A DNA stretch of 64,000 bases, taken from Spirochaetota bacterium (lineage in GTDB: Bacteria; Spirochaetota; UBA4802; UBA5550). Location: NCBI GenBank assembly GCA_016929135.1, contig JAFGJK010000030.1:5531-69530 (forward strand). The letters run 5' to 3'. The notes under the pieces are model-generated. The model did not search any database. It saw only the letters and a program-made list of their open reading frames with translations, and was not told the origin of the DNA. A program made the translations under genes and the position numbers. The first letter of the stretch is position 1. Each line of letters begins with the position of its first letter. Positions 1 to 9,484 of the stretch are shown one piece after another.

Positions 1-285
1 ATCCAGATGAATGATCTCGTCGGTGATCGGGTTCTTCTGATAGTCCTTTACGAAGGCCTGCAGCCCCTCCGTCCCCGATTTATCCTTGTATATGATATCG
101 AAAATGACGCTCTCAGAAACGCGCCCCTTGAAGAGCGTGAAAAAGTCCTTTTGCGCCACCTTGATCGACTCCGATTCACCGTGGGAATACAGGATCGCAG
201 GGATATACCCCGATTGCCGCAACCTGACATTCTCGTTCTTTCCCCTTTCAGTTCTTATCTCGACGTTCAGATGTCTTCTTTCCAT
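1..285 (-). CDS. rplY: 50S ribosomal protein L25/Ctc, partial (C-terminus runs off the window)
   Basis: Not in the ORF track. Manual translation from ATG at 285 gives MERRHLNVEIRTERGKNENVRLRQSGYIPAILYSHG...AFVKDYQKNPITDEIIHLD, which has the L25 signature. It lies directly downstream of prs. Confidence 0.93.
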   Translation of the reverse strand, partial: MERRHLNVEIRTERGKNENVRLRQSGYIPAILYSHGESESIKVAQKDFFTLFKGRVSESVIFDIIYKDKSGTEGLQAFVKDYQKNPITDEIIHLD

Positions 286-317
286 GGTACCCTCTATTGG
301 TTATAAAAGATTATTCA

Positions 318-1253
318 TCACTGAATTGCGAAGAGGGAACTCACCGATTCCCCGTTATGAATCCTTCGAATCGCCTCCCCGAATATCGGAGCGATCGAGA
401 GGATCTTCGCATTCGTCATCGTCCCCCCGAAGGGGATCGTATTGGTAAAAATCAATTCCTTGAACCCCGCCTTTTCAAGCTTCGACATCGCATCGTCTGA
501 CAACACCGCGTGCGTGAAAAGGCAGTAGACGTCATGGGCCCCCTTCTCCTTGAGCGCCTGTGCTGCCTTGGAGATGGAACCGCCGGTATCCACCATATCG
601 TCCACCAGGATACAGTTCTTGTTCTCCACCTCGCCGATGACGTTCATGATCTCGGCGATGTTCGCCTCCGGCCGCCGCTTGTCGATGATGGCAAGGCTCG
701 CATCGATGTACTTCGCCAGCTGGCGTGCCCGCTCCGCCCCGCCGGAATCCGGGGAAACCACCACGGCATCCTGGATCCTCAGGCTCCTGATGTAATCCAC
801 CGTGGTGGGGAGCGCCAGCAGGTTGTCCACCGGTATATCGAAAAACCCCTGTATCTGGTCCGCATGCAGGTCCATCGTGAGAACCCTGTCCGCCCCCGCG
901 GCCTGTATGATGTTGGCCACCAGCTTCGCTGATATGGGAACCCGTGGCTCCACCTTCCGATCCTGCCGCGCATATCCGAAATACGGGATCACCGCCGTCA
1001 CCCTGCTGGCCGAGGCCCTGAGGGCGGCATCGACCATAAGGAGCAGCTCCATAATATGGTCGTTGGTGGGGTTGCAGGTGGACTGGATGATGTAGATGTC
1101 GTGCGCCCGGACGTTCTCCTTGATCTTTACCGAAATCTCGCCGTCCTTGAAGCGCTTAAGCTCTGCCTTGGAGACCTCGACACCGAGATATCGGCATATC
1201 GATTCCGTCAGATCCGGGTTCGACGACCCGGAGAATATTTTCATCGTGCGCAT
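318..1253 (-). CDS. prs: ribose-phosphate pyrophosphokinase
   Basis: Motifs FKDGEI, YFGYARQDRK, DLHADQIQGFF, VSPDSGG and VDDMVDTGGS. Start could be 1244 or 1253. Confidence 0.97.
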   Translation of the reverse strand: MRTMKIFSGSSNPDLTESICRYLGVEVSKAELKRFKDGEISVKIKENVRAHDIYIIQSTCNPTNDHIMELLLMVDAALRASASRVTAVIPYFGYARQDRKVEPRVPISAKLVANIIQAAGADRVLTMDLHADQIQGFFDIPVDNLLALPTTVDYIRSLRIQDAVVVSPDSGGAERARQLAKYIDASLAIIDKRRPEANIAEIMNVIGEVENKNCILVDDMVDTGGSISKAAQALKEKGAHDVYCLFTHAVLSDDAMSKLEKAGFKELIFTNTIPFGGTMTNAKILSIAPIFGEAIRRIHNGESVSSLFAIQ

Positions 1254-1272
1254 GCCCACTGCTTTCAATACC

Positions 1273-1983
1273 TTACCTCTTCAAATATTCCTCAAGCCCC
1301 GAAAGCTCGTCCTTGCTGTTCACTCCCCTTCCCTCGGTAGCATCGTCCAGCAGCACCGTTTGGACCGCAAATCCTTCTCTCAACACATGCTGCACCGCGT
1401 CCGTCAGGTAGTATTCGCCCTGTGCATTGTTCCGGTCGATCCCGGCAAGCCCCCTGAAAAGAAAGTCTCTGTCAAACACGTAGGTGCCGGTATTCACTTC
1501 CATAATGGACCTCTCGGTCGGGGTCGCATCCTTTTCCTCGACGATCCGGAGAAACCTTCCGTTTCCGTCCTTCACTATCCTGCCGTACCCCGCAGGATTC
1601 TCCAGGTTCATGGTAAGGATGACCGCCTTCACGTCCTGCCGGTCCAGCGCCCCCAAGAGGGACCTGAAGGTGGCAGGGCGTATCAGTGGCACGTCCCCGC
1701 AGGCGACGATCACCCTCCCGGAGAATCCCTCCAGGGCCTTCTCTGCCTGCATCACCGCATGTCCCGTGCCGAGCTGCTGATGCTGCCAAACGGTCTCCGC
1801 GCGGCCGCCGATTTCACTGATCACCTCGTCGCCCCGGTATCCCACCACGACAAGGATTCTCCCCACGCCGGCATCCCGGAGGCTCTCAAGGACATGTAGT
1901 ATCAGGGTTTTCCCATTCAGCCGGTGCAGCACCTTGGGGAGCTCGGACTGCATCCGGACACCCTTCCCCCCGGCGAGCACCAC
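1273..1983 (-). CDS. glmU: GlmU-like sugar-1-phosphate nucleotidyltransferase (pyrophosphorylase domain only)
   Basis: Motifs LAGGKGVRM..LPKVLH, QLGTGHAV, GDVPLI, GYGRIV, VEEKDA and NNAQGEYYLTD. The C-terminal acetyltransferase beta-helix is absent. The true start may lie about 20 nt upstream. Confidence 0.85.
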   Translation of the reverse strand: MVLAGGKGVRMQSELPKVLHRLNGKTLILHVLESLRDAGVGRILVVVGYRGDEVISEIGGRAETVWQHQQLGTGHAVMQAEKALEGFSGRVIVACGDVPLIRPATFRSLLGALDRQDVKAVILTMNLENPAGYGRIVKDGNGRFLRIVEEKDATPTERSIMEVNTGTYVFDRDFLFRGLAGIDRNNAQGEYYLTDAVQHVLREGFAVQTVLLDDATEGRGVNSKDELSGLEEYLKR

Positions 1984-2026
1984 CGCTACTGTTTCGGTAT
2001 TCGTAATGACCTCCCGGTTGCCGTAT

Positions 2027-2098
2027 CTGAGGAGCCAGGATTCGAACCTGGGGATGTCGGGACCAAAACCCGATGCCGTACCACTTGGCTACTCCTCA
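2027..2098 (-). tRNA. tRNA-Gln (anticodon TTG), CCA not encoded
   Basis: Reverse complement reads TGAGGAGTAGCCAAGTGGTACGGCATCGGGTTTTGGTCCCGACATCCCCAGGTTCGAATCCTGGCTCCTCAG: 7-bp acceptor stem, GGTTCGAATCC T-loop, and anticodon loop TT-TTG-GT. Confidence 0.97.
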
Positions 2099-2225
2099 AG
2101 GGATAACTCGAATTCAGACCCCCGTAGTATCATACAGACATTCATGTTCCCGTAATGCGAGATGCAACGGCCGCATGAATGTGCATATCATCGATCGGGT
2201 TAAACCCGCCCTGTGGCCCCCGACA

Positions 2226-3173
2226 TCAGGAAACGCCACCGGGGTCACCGTATCCCCTGACAAAGCCCGTGGTTTCTGCGAAGTACCCCTTCTGCTGGAA
2301 GTGTTCGACGGCCCGCCTCGCGTCCTCGGCGCTTTCGAAGAGTCCGATTACGCTGGAGCCCGAGCCGGTCATGGCGGAGTAGACCGCACCCCTCTCCCCG
2401 ATCTCGCCCTTGATCTCCCGGAGCACCGGGTATTCCCGGAACACCGGGCCCTCAAAATCGTTCGCCAGACGGTGAGCGATGCTCCCGATGTCGCCTTCGT
2501 CGATCCCCCGTTCAATGGCGCGCATCTCCTCGTCAAGGTCCGCAGGATCGCAGGGCATCTCGCCGTCTCTTTTCAGCGATCGGTAGGCCTGCGCGGTATT
2601 CACATGTATCCCAGCGTTCACGATAAGGACCGTATGAGGGAGGACGCTCTCGATCGGTGCGACCAGGTCGCCGGTTCCGCGACATATTGCCATGCCGCCG
2701 TAAAGACAGAAGGGGACATCGGCCCCGATCTCCCCGGCGGTCTGCATCATCTCATTATCGTCCAGCCGCCGGAAACGCAGGTTGAGGAGCCTCAGCGCAG
2801 CAGCCGCATCGGCACTGCCGCCCCCCATGCCCGCACCGGCGGGTATGTTCTTCTCCAGCCCGAAAAGGGCCACTGCATCCATATCGGCCGCCCTGAAATA
2901 GGCCCGTGACGCCTTCTCGATGAGGTTCTGCCCGGCAGGTATCGATTCAGTGATATCGCCTCGGGCACCCCCGCGATTAGTTATCACCGCGGATCGTCCC
3001 GCAGCACCGGTTTCCCGAATATCCTCAAGTTTTAAAAGATCGTGGAGGCCGATACTGGCCATGAGACTTACTATATTATGGTATCCGTCATCCCTTTTAT
3101 CGAGGACCCTGAGATGGAGATTGATTTTGGCCCACGCGTGAATCACCCCGCCTCGCACTGATCCGGAAAACAT
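2226..3173 (-). CDS. ispE: 4-diphosphocytidyl-2-C-methyl-D-erythritol kinase
   Basis: Motifs AKINLHL, DGYHNI, GHMP motif KNIPAGAGMGGGSADAA, GADVPF, NDFE and MTGSGS. Confidence 0.96.
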   Translation of the reverse strand: MFSGSVRGGVIHAWAKINLHLRVLDKRDDGYHNIVSLMASIGLHDLLKLEDIRETGAAGRSAVITNRGGARGDITESIPAGQNLIEKASRAYFRAADMDAVALFGLEKNIPAGAGMGGGSADAAAALRLLNLRFRRLDDNEMMQTAGEIGADVPFCLYGGMAICRGTGDLVAPIESVLPHTVLIVNAGIHVNTAQAYRSLKRDGEMPCDPADLDEEMRAIERGIDEGDIGSIAHRLANDFEGPVFREYPVLREIKGEIGERGAVYSAMTGSGSSVIGLFESAEDARRAVEHFQQKGYFAETTGFVRGYGDPGGVS

Positions 3174-3266
3174 GGAATGGCAAAATTAGTATAGGGTGCT
3201 TTTTTTGTCAACAATAAAATATATTGCCATACACCCCCGTTTTTTCGCCTGGGGCGCCTGATCCTC

Positions 3267-3644
3267 TCATGGAACCCGGGGACCCCCCTCGTCGGAGCGC
3301 CCCCCCCCCAGCCTCTCCACCAGCCTTCTCGCCCCCCAGCGGAAAAAGGCAGCGGTATACCTGGCCCCTGCGAGATAGATCCCCACCCAGAAGACCACGT
3401 GGGAGGTCCCGTAGATCGCCGGTCCCCCCACCAGCAGGATACGGGGCTCCGAAAAATAGACGGAGAGGACCCCGAAAAGGGCCACGGCGGGCCACCCGAT
3501 GATATAGCTGATGGCGATCACCACGAGGCCGACGTATACCCTGACACCCGGCTTTTCCCTGAAGGCGCTCAGGTCTGCCCGTTCATTCACCGCTCGCCTT
3601 ACATAGGGGACCTTCATAAGCTGTTGAGCGATTCGTGACTTCAT
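3267..3644 (-). CDS. small hypothetical membrane protein (about 2 TM), divergent from the lyase operon
   Basis: ORF from MKSRIAQQ with hydrophobic segments VYVGLVVIAISYIIGWPAVALFGVLSVYF and LLVGGPAIYGTSHVVFWVGIYLAG. Confidence 0.7.
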   Translation of the reverse strand: MKSRIAQQLMKVPYVRRAVNERADLSAFREKPGVRVYVGLVVIAISYIIGWPAVALFGVLSVYFSEPRILLVGGPAIYGTSHVVFWVGIYLAGARYTAAFFRWGARRLVERLGGGRSDEGGPRVP

Positions 3645-3690
3645 AGCTCGAGTTCTACAGGGAGACCCACAAATCATGCAATAAAAAAAC

Positions 3691-3721
3691 TTGACAAATA
3701 CCCTTTTAAAAAAGGTATAAA
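3691..3721 (+). promoter_or_regulatory. putative sigma70 promoter of the lyase-ketosynthase operon
   Basis: TTGACA (3691-3696) and TATAAA (3716-3721) in an AT-rich intergenic region. The 19-nt spacer is long. Confidence 0.45.
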
Positions 3722-3771
3722 GATTCATTAACCGCGACAGGGGCCGAACCCTGCCCTAGTATGGAAGATCA

Positions 3772-5331
3772 ATGACAGACACCGCCACAGTTACGATCGG
3801 GAGCCGCTCCCTGACCCTGGAAGACCTGCTCAAAATCGCCGAAGGATCCGCCACCGTTTCCATAAGCGGGGAAGGGACGTTCCGGGAACGGATCGAGCGT
3901 TCCAGAAGGCTGCTGGACCGGGCTCTGAAAGAGGGGGTGCCGGTATACGGCGTCACCACCGGTTACGGCAAATCCTGCAGCAAGAGGATGGCCCACGAAG
4001 TGGCGCTGAAAAACGGCGAGAACCTGCTCCGCTTCCACGGGTGCGGAACCGGCGACCCCCTGGGCGTCCCCGAGGTGCGAGCCTCCATGGCCATGAGGCT
4101 CGCCTGCTTCTCCAGGGGATACTCCGGGGTATCGATGGAGCTGCTCTCACAGCTTGCCGCGTTCCTGAACAGCGGGATCACGCCGGTGGTCCCCTCCGAG
4201 GGCTCCGTGGGCGCATCGGGCGACCTCACCCCCATGTCCTATGTCGCCGCAGCCCTGACGGGGGAGCGGGAGGTCTACTACCGCGGATCCAGGATGCCGG
4301 CACGGGAAGCGATGGCACAGGCCGGCATCGAGCCCTATGCGTTCAAGCCCAAGGAACCCATCGCCATGATCAACGGCACCGCCACCATGACCGGAATCGC
4401 GCTTATGGTTATGGAGAGGTCCCGGCGCGTACTGGAGGCGGCGGTGGCGGCGACGGCCCTGAGCATACACGCCATGAGCGGCAACGCGCACCACTATCAC
4501 CAGGCCATATCCGACGCAAAGCCCCACCCGGGCCAGGACCATGTGGCGAAGATGCTGCGAGCATACCTTCATTCGTCGACAAACCAGTGGGAATTCGCGC
4601 AGGGGACCCTTGAGACGCTCCAGGACCCCTACTCGCTGCGCTGCTCGCCCCAGATCCTAGGGGTGCTCCACGACGCCCTGGAATGGATCGGCCGGTGGAT
4701 AGAGATAGAATCAAACAGCGCCAACGACAATCCCCTGATCGATCCTGAAAGCGGCGAGGTGCTCATGGGGGGCAATTTCTACGGCGGGCACATCTCCTTC
4801 GCCATGGACGCACTCAAGTCAGCCCTGGCGTCGGTGGCCGACATGAGCGACCGGCAGGTGGCGCTCATGGTGGACCCCCATACCAACCGAGGCCTCCCGG
4901 CCGACCTGGTGAACACCGGCGAGAAGGAGCGCCCCTACAACCACGGCTTCAAGGCCATGTCAATCGCCTCGTCGGCGCTGGCTGCGGAGGCCCTGAAGCT
5001 CACAATGCCGGCCGCATCCTTTTCCCGGTCCACGGAGTCGCACAACCAGGACAAGGTGAGCATGGGGACCATTGCCGCCCGGGATGCGGACCGGGTCTGC
5101 ACGCTCACCATGAGGGTGCTGGCGATCCACCTGCTCGCGGCGGCACAGGCCTGCGAGATCCGCGGCAGGGCCGATCAGCGCCCCCGCATCAACGACATCT
5201 TACGGCTGATCCGGACTCACGCAGAGCCGCTCGCGACGGACAGGCCCATGGACGCCGACATCGAGCGAATTCTCGGACTTATCGCCGGGGGGATGATGGG
5301 GGAGCACGGGGCGGATGGAAGCGTACGGTAG
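3772..5331 (+). CDS. MIO-dependent aromatic amino-acid ammonia-lyase (HAL/PAL family, FH-type)
   Basis: VYGVTTGYG, MIO-forming GSVGASGDL, QDPYSLRC, NDNP, GGNFYG and HNQDKVSMG. Specificity segment reads NLLRFHG. Confidence 0.93.
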   Translation: MTDTATVTIGSRSLTLEDLLKIAEGSATVSISGEGTFRERIERSRRLLDRALKEGVPVYGVTTGYGKSCSKRMAHEVALKNGENLLRFHGCGTGDPLGVPEVRASMAMRLACFSRGYSGVSMELLSQLAAFLNSGITPVVPSEGSVGASGDLTPMSYVAAALTGEREVYYRGSRMPAREAMAQAGIEPYAFKPKEPIAMINGTATMTGIALMVMERSRRVLEAAVAATALSIHAMSGNAHHYHQAISDAKPHPGQDHVAKMLRAYLHSSTNQWEFAQGTLETLQDPYSLRCSPQILGVLHDALEWIGRWIEIESNSANDNPLIDPESGEVLMGGNFYGGHISFAMDALKSALASVADMSDRQVALMVDPHTNRGLPADLVNTGEKERPYNHGFKAMSIASSALAAEALKLTMPAASFSRSTESHNQDKVSMGTIAARDADRVCTLTMRVLAIHLLAAAQACEIRGRADQRPRINDILRLIRTHAEPLATDRPMDADIERILGLIAGGMMGEHGADGSVR

Positions 5332-5734
5332 ACCCTCGTACGAGGTGACCCTGCAGGTCCAGTTCCACGATCTCGACCCGCTGCAGGTGGTCTGGCACGG
5401 CAACTATTTCAAGTACTTCGAGACCGCCCGGTTCGGGCTCTTCGAGCAGTGCGGCGTGGACCTTCACTCGTATCACCGTGACACGAATTACATATTCCCC
5501 ATCGTGAGGACCTCCACCAAACACCTCTTCCCGCTCAGGCACAGGGACCTGTTCGTCTGCAGGGCCTCTCTCCGCGAGGCGAGATTCAAAATAGTAATGG
5601 ACTTCGAGATACGCCTGGCCGACACTCACCGTGTCTGCACCACCGGCCGGAGCGAGCAGGTGGCGGTGAAGGTGCCCGAGATGGAGATGCAATTTATGAT
5701 ACCCGCGGACATAAGGGAAAAGCTGGAAGCGTGA
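5315..5734 (+). CDS. hotdog-fold acyl-CoA/acyl-ACP thioesterase (4HBT/YbgC-like)
   Basis: Motif FHDLDPLQVVWHGNYFKYFETAR. Overlaps the lyase stop, implying translational coupling. Confidence 0.9.
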   Translation: MEAYGRPSYEVTLQVQFHDLDPLQVVWHGNYFKYFETARFGLFEQCGVDLHSYHRDTNYIFPIVRTSTKHLFPLRHRDLFVCRASLREARFKIVMDFEIRLADTHRVCTTGRSEQVAVKVPEMEMQFMIPADIREKLEA

Positions 5735-5735
5735 C

Positions 5736-7457
5736 ATGCACGAAATGCTGATAAGGGGAATCACCACGGGGCTGGAGCGGATATCCGCCTGGTCCGAGCT
5801 ACTGGACAGGATAAACGTATTCCCGGTAGCTGACGGGGACACCGGGCGCAACCTGAAGATGAGCCTCACGCCGCTTATGATGGCCGGCGGCGTGACGGGG
5901 AGCGTCTCGTACAATCTCCTCCTCTCCGCAAGGGGAAACTCCGGCAACATCGCCACGCAATTCTTTTCCGGGTTCATCACCGCGGAGACAGAGCGTGACA
6001 TCGCCGGCGCCGTGGCGCTGGGGAGGGAACGTGCCTGGAAGGCGGTGAACGCCCCGCGGCAGGGTACGATGCTCACCGTGTTCGACTCCCTCAACGAATT
6101 TTACCGTGGGGAAAAGAACATCTTCCATACCGAGGCCACCGTGAAGCGGATCATCGAAAGGCTCGACGAGGCGGTGAAGTCGACGCCGGACCTCCTGGAG
6201 AAACTGAGGATTGCCGGCGTTGTCGATTCCGGCGCCCTGGGGATGTTCATATTCTTCGAGGGATTCTACTACGGACTCATCGGCCTCGACGAGGATTTCG
6301 TGCCGGTGACCGAACGCTTCGGCGATATGCTCAGCGTAAGGAACGGCTTTTCCGAAAACGGCGAAGAGGGGTACTGCATCGATACGGTGCTGCGCATCGA
6401 CGACAGGAGCGAGGCCGCCCTGAGGGAGATATCGGCATCGGGGGAGAGCGTCATTATCATTCCGGAGGAGCAGTACGTGAAGGTCCACCTGCACGCCAGG
6501 GACAGCGGAGAGGCTCGCCGCCGCCTTGAGGCGCTGGGGAGCGTGGTGAACTGGGCCTCCGATGACCTGGACAGGCAGATACGGGAGTTTGCACACCCCC
6601 TCAGGCGCGGTCCGCTGCACATAATGACCGATGCAGCCGGCTCCATCACCCGAGACGATGCGACCTCCCTGGGGTTCACCCTTCTGGAGAGCTACATCAC
6701 CGTGGACAACCGCGCCCTCCCAGAGACCCAGTTCTCCCCCGAGGAGCTCTACCGGCTCATGCGGTCCGGATCCCGGGCCTCCACCTCGCAGGCGTCGATC
6801 TTCGAGCGCCACCAGTGCTATGCCAGTGTCATGAGCCAGTACGAGCGGGTTCTCTACCTCTGCGTCGGTTCGATCTTCACCGGAAACTGGCAGGTGGCCA
6901 CCCGGTGGAAGGAGGAGCACGACCGCGACGGCCGCCTCACCGTGATCGACACCGGCACGGCCTCCGGCAGGTTGGGGGTACTGGCCATCGCCGCAGCGCG
7001 CCACGCGGCGGATGCCCCGTCGGCCGAAGAGGCGATCGATTACGCCCTCCGGGCAAACCGCCTCTGCGACGAGTACATCTTCATCGACAAGCTCCAGTAT
7101 CTCGCTACCGGCGGCAGGCTCTCCAAGACCAGCGCCTTTTTCGGTGACATGCTCCACATGAAACCGGTCATCACGCCGCTCCCGGACGGGGCGAAGAAGG
7201 TTGCCGTGGTCAGGAAGGGACCAGACCAGATCCGCTACGCCATGGACAGGATGACGGAGATCCTCAAGGGGGACCCCTCCCCCTTCATCATGCTGCAATA
7301 CAGCGACAACAGGGACTGGGTGCGCGAGACCGTGCAGGGGGAGGTGCGCTCCCTCTTCCCGGGGGCGGAGATTCTGCTCCAGCCGCTCTCGCTCACCACC
7401 GGGGTTCACACGGGGCCCGGTACCTGGGCCGTGGCGTTTTTGCCCGGACACATCTAA
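5736..7457 (+). CDS. DAK2 (FakA-like) plus DegV (FakB-like) fusion protein
   Basis: N-terminal INVFPVADGDTGRN, ARGNSG, GTMLTV and VVDSGA; middle GYCID...VKVHLH; C-terminal DegV motifs IMTDAAG, VIDTGTAS, GGRLSK and HTGPG. Confidence 0.88.
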   Translation: MHEMLIRGITTGLERISAWSELLDRINVFPVADGDTGRNLKMSLTPLMMAGGVTGSVSYNLLLSARGNSGNIATQFFSGFITAETERDIAGAVALGRERAWKAVNAPRQGTMLTVFDSLNEFYRGEKNIFHTEATVKRIIERLDEAVKSTPDLLEKLRIAGVVDSGALGMFIFFEGFYYGLIGLDEDFVPVTERFGDMLSVRNGFSENGEEGYCIDTVLRIDDRSEAALREISASGESVIIIPEEQYVKVHLHARDSGEARRRLEALGSVVNWASDDLDRQIREFAHPLRRGPLHIMTDAAGSITRDDATSLGFTLLESYITVDNRALPETQFSPEELYRLMRSGSRASTSQASIFERHQCYASVMSQYERVLYLCVGSIFTGNWQVATRWKEEHDRDGRLTVIDTGTASGRLGVLAIAAARHAADAPSAEEAIDYALRANRLCDEYIFIDKLQYLATGGRLSKTSAFFGDMLHMKPVITPLPDGAKKVAVVRKGPDQIRYAMDRMTEILKGDPSPFIMLQYSDNRDWVRETVQGEVRSLFPGAEILLQPLSLTTGVHTGPGTWAVAFLPGHI

Positions 7458-7475
7458 GCACAGGGGGCGTACACC

Positions 7476-8708
7476 ATGAGCGACGGGAGAAGGGTTGTGG
7501 TTACCGGCATCGGTCTGAGATCGCCGATCGGGCATACCATGGGGGAGCTCAAATCCTCCCTGAAGGCCGGGGTCACCGGCATCAGGAGCGTCGACGAGTG
7601 GAAGAGCATCGAGAACATGCGCACCCTGGTGGCCGGCCTCTGCAGGGACATCGACGAATCGGCGATCCCCCGCCAGTACCGGCGCACCATGGGGCGGGTG
7701 GGAATCCTCTCGGCCCTCTCGGCGATCGACGCGGTGAGGGACTCTGGCCTCTCGGAAGAGACGACATCATCGGACCGCTGCGGCGTCTCCTACGGCTCCA
7801 CCCAGGGGAGTTCCACATCCCTGGAGGAGTTCGTGAAAAAGGTCTTCAGCACCAGAAGCCTCAAGGGGATGCAGTCCTCGTCCTACCTCCAGTTCATGAG
7901 CCATACCTGCGCCGCCAACCTGGCGATGATGTTCCAGTCGAAGGGTCCCGTGGTGGCCTCCTGCACCGCCTGCGTCTCTGGGTCCCAGGGGATCGGTTTC
8001 GGATACGACGCCATACGGAGCGGCCGCGCCGAGGTGATGATCACCGGCGGCGCCGAGGAGATGCACTTCATGCACTCCGGGGTCTTCGACATCATGCGGG
8101 CCACCTCGACGAGGTTCAACGACAGGCCTGAGGCCACGCCGCGCCCCTTCGACGCGGAGCGCGACGGCCTCGTGGTGGGCGAGGGGGGCGGCTGTCTGGT
8201 CCTTGAGGATTATGACCATGCCAGGAAGCGGGGCGCCCGTCTCTACGCCGAAATACTGGGCTTCGGCACCAACTGCGACGGCTCGCACCTCACCAACCCC
8301 AGCGCCGCGGGGATGGCCGGCGCGATGAGGATCGCCCTGGCAGACGCCGGTATCCCGGCCGACGCCATCGGGCATGTGAACGCCCACGCCACCGCCACCG
8401 AGGCCGGCGACATCGCCGAGTCCTCGGCGACGTACGATATATTCCGAGACGCCGCTCCGGTGAGCGCCTTCAAGGGGTACATGGGCCACACCCTTGGGGC
8501 ATGCGGCGCCATCGAATCGATCATCACCATTCTCATGATGCGGGATGGATTCATCGCGCCCACTAGGAATCTGGAGACGCCGGACCCGCGGTGCGCGCCG
8601 GTGCGGCACGTCCTCAAGGACACGATCGAGAGCTCCTTCACCAAGGGGATGAACAACAACTTCGCCTTCGGCGGCATCAACACCTCTCTCATCTTCGGGC
8701 TGGTCTAA
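7476..8708 (+). CDS. beta-ketoacyl-ACP synthase (FabF/ApeR-like)
   Basis: Cys-His-His triad in TACVSGSQ, NAHATAT and KGYMGHTLGA; C-terminal NNFAFGGINTSLIF. Confidence 0.93.
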   Translation: MSDGRRVVVTGIGLRSPIGHTMGELKSSLKAGVTGIRSVDEWKSIENMRTLVAGLCRDIDESAIPRQYRRTMGRVGILSALSAIDAVRDSGLSEETTSSDRCGVSYGSTQGSSTSLEEFVKKVFSTRSLKGMQSSSYLQFMSHTCAANLAMMFQSKGPVVASCTACVSGSQGIGFGYDAIRSGRAEVMITGGAEEMHFMHSGVFDIMRATSTRFNDRPEATPRPFDAERDGLVVGEGGGCLVLEDYDHARKRGARLYAEILGFGTNCDGSHLTNPSAAGMAGAMRIALADAGIPADAIGHVNAHATATEAGDIAESSATYDIFRDAAPVSAFKGYMGHTLGACGAIESIITILMMRDGFIAPTRNLETPDPRCAPVRHVLKDTIESSFTKGMNNNFAFGGINTSLIFGLV

Positions 8709-8710
8709 AG

Positions 8711-9463
8711 GTGGCGGCGCGGGACGAGTCAACCGGCCGCTTTGCCGTGGTGATCCCCCTCTACAATCACGAGGCGAGGATCGCCGACGTGGTGGCATCC
8801 GCCAAGTCGCTGGGGTACCCGGTGATCGTGGTTGACGACGGCTCCACCGACGCCTCCCCCTCGCGGATCGCCGATATCGAAGGGATCACGCTGCTGCGCC
8901 ACGAGGCGAACATGGGGAAGGGGGCGGCGCTGAAGACAGGGTTCCGCGAGGCGGCAACAATCGCGGACTGGGCCATCACCATCGACGCGGACGGCCAGCA
9001 CGACCCGGAGGACGCGAAATCGCTCATCGCCGCGATCCCCCCGGGCACGCGCCCCATCGTGCTGGGAGTGCGCCAGCAGATGGCGGGGAAGGACGTCCCC
9101 TGGACAAGCCGCTTCGGCAGGGGGTTTTCCAATTTCTGGGTGCGGATGTCGGGAGGCGGGAAGGTCAGCGATTCCCAAAGCGGGTTCAGGATCTACCCGC
9201 TCCCGGAGGCGCTGTGTCTGGGCGCCGTTGCCGACCGCTTCCAGTTCGAGGTGGAGGTGCTGGCCAGGGCGGGATGGAACCGGCTCCCGGTGGTGGAGGC
9301 GCCGGTGAGCGTGAGCTACCGGCCCGGGACCGTGAGGATCTCCCACTTCCGCCCCTTCGTGGATTTCCTGAGGAACTCCTCCGTATTCGCCAGACTCATT
9401 ACCGCCAGGATATTCATCCCGCGGATGTTCCGCCGGAGATTGCTGAACCCTCGGATCCAGTAG
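8711..9463 (+). CDS. glycosyltransferase family 2
   Basis: Motifs VVIPLYNH, VVDDGSTD, NMGKGAAL, TIDADGQH, DSQSGFRIYP and RISHFRPFVDF. GTG start 2 nt after the ketosynthase stop. Confidence 0.92.
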   Translation: MAARDESTGRFAVVIPLYNHEARIADVVASAKSLGYPVIVVDDGSTDASPSRIADIEGITLLRHEANMGKGAALKTGFREAATIADWAITIDADGQHDPEDAKSLIAAIPPGTRPIVLGVRQQMAGKDVPWTSRFGRGFSNFWVRMSGGGKVSDSQSGFRIYPLPEALCLGAVADRFQFEVEVLARAGWNRLPVVEAPVSVSYRPGTVRISHFRPFVDFLRNSSVFARLITARIFIPRMFRRRLLNPRIQ

Positions 9464-9484
9464 ATTCAGGATCGAGCGGCTGCC

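Noticed and set aside
7-306. Plus-strand 99-aa ORF
   Set aside because: It is antisense to the rplY 5' portion.
2027-2225. tRNA-Gln as an integration site
   Set aside because: It is flanked by housekeeping genes on both sides. I noticed no duplicated tRNA 3' end and no integrase.
5799-7535. Long antisense or alternate-frame ORFs (also 17434..18891, 24715..26541, 32707..34563, 56260..58056)
   Set aside because: They are shadows of well-supported genes, expected at high GC, and carry no recognisable motifs.
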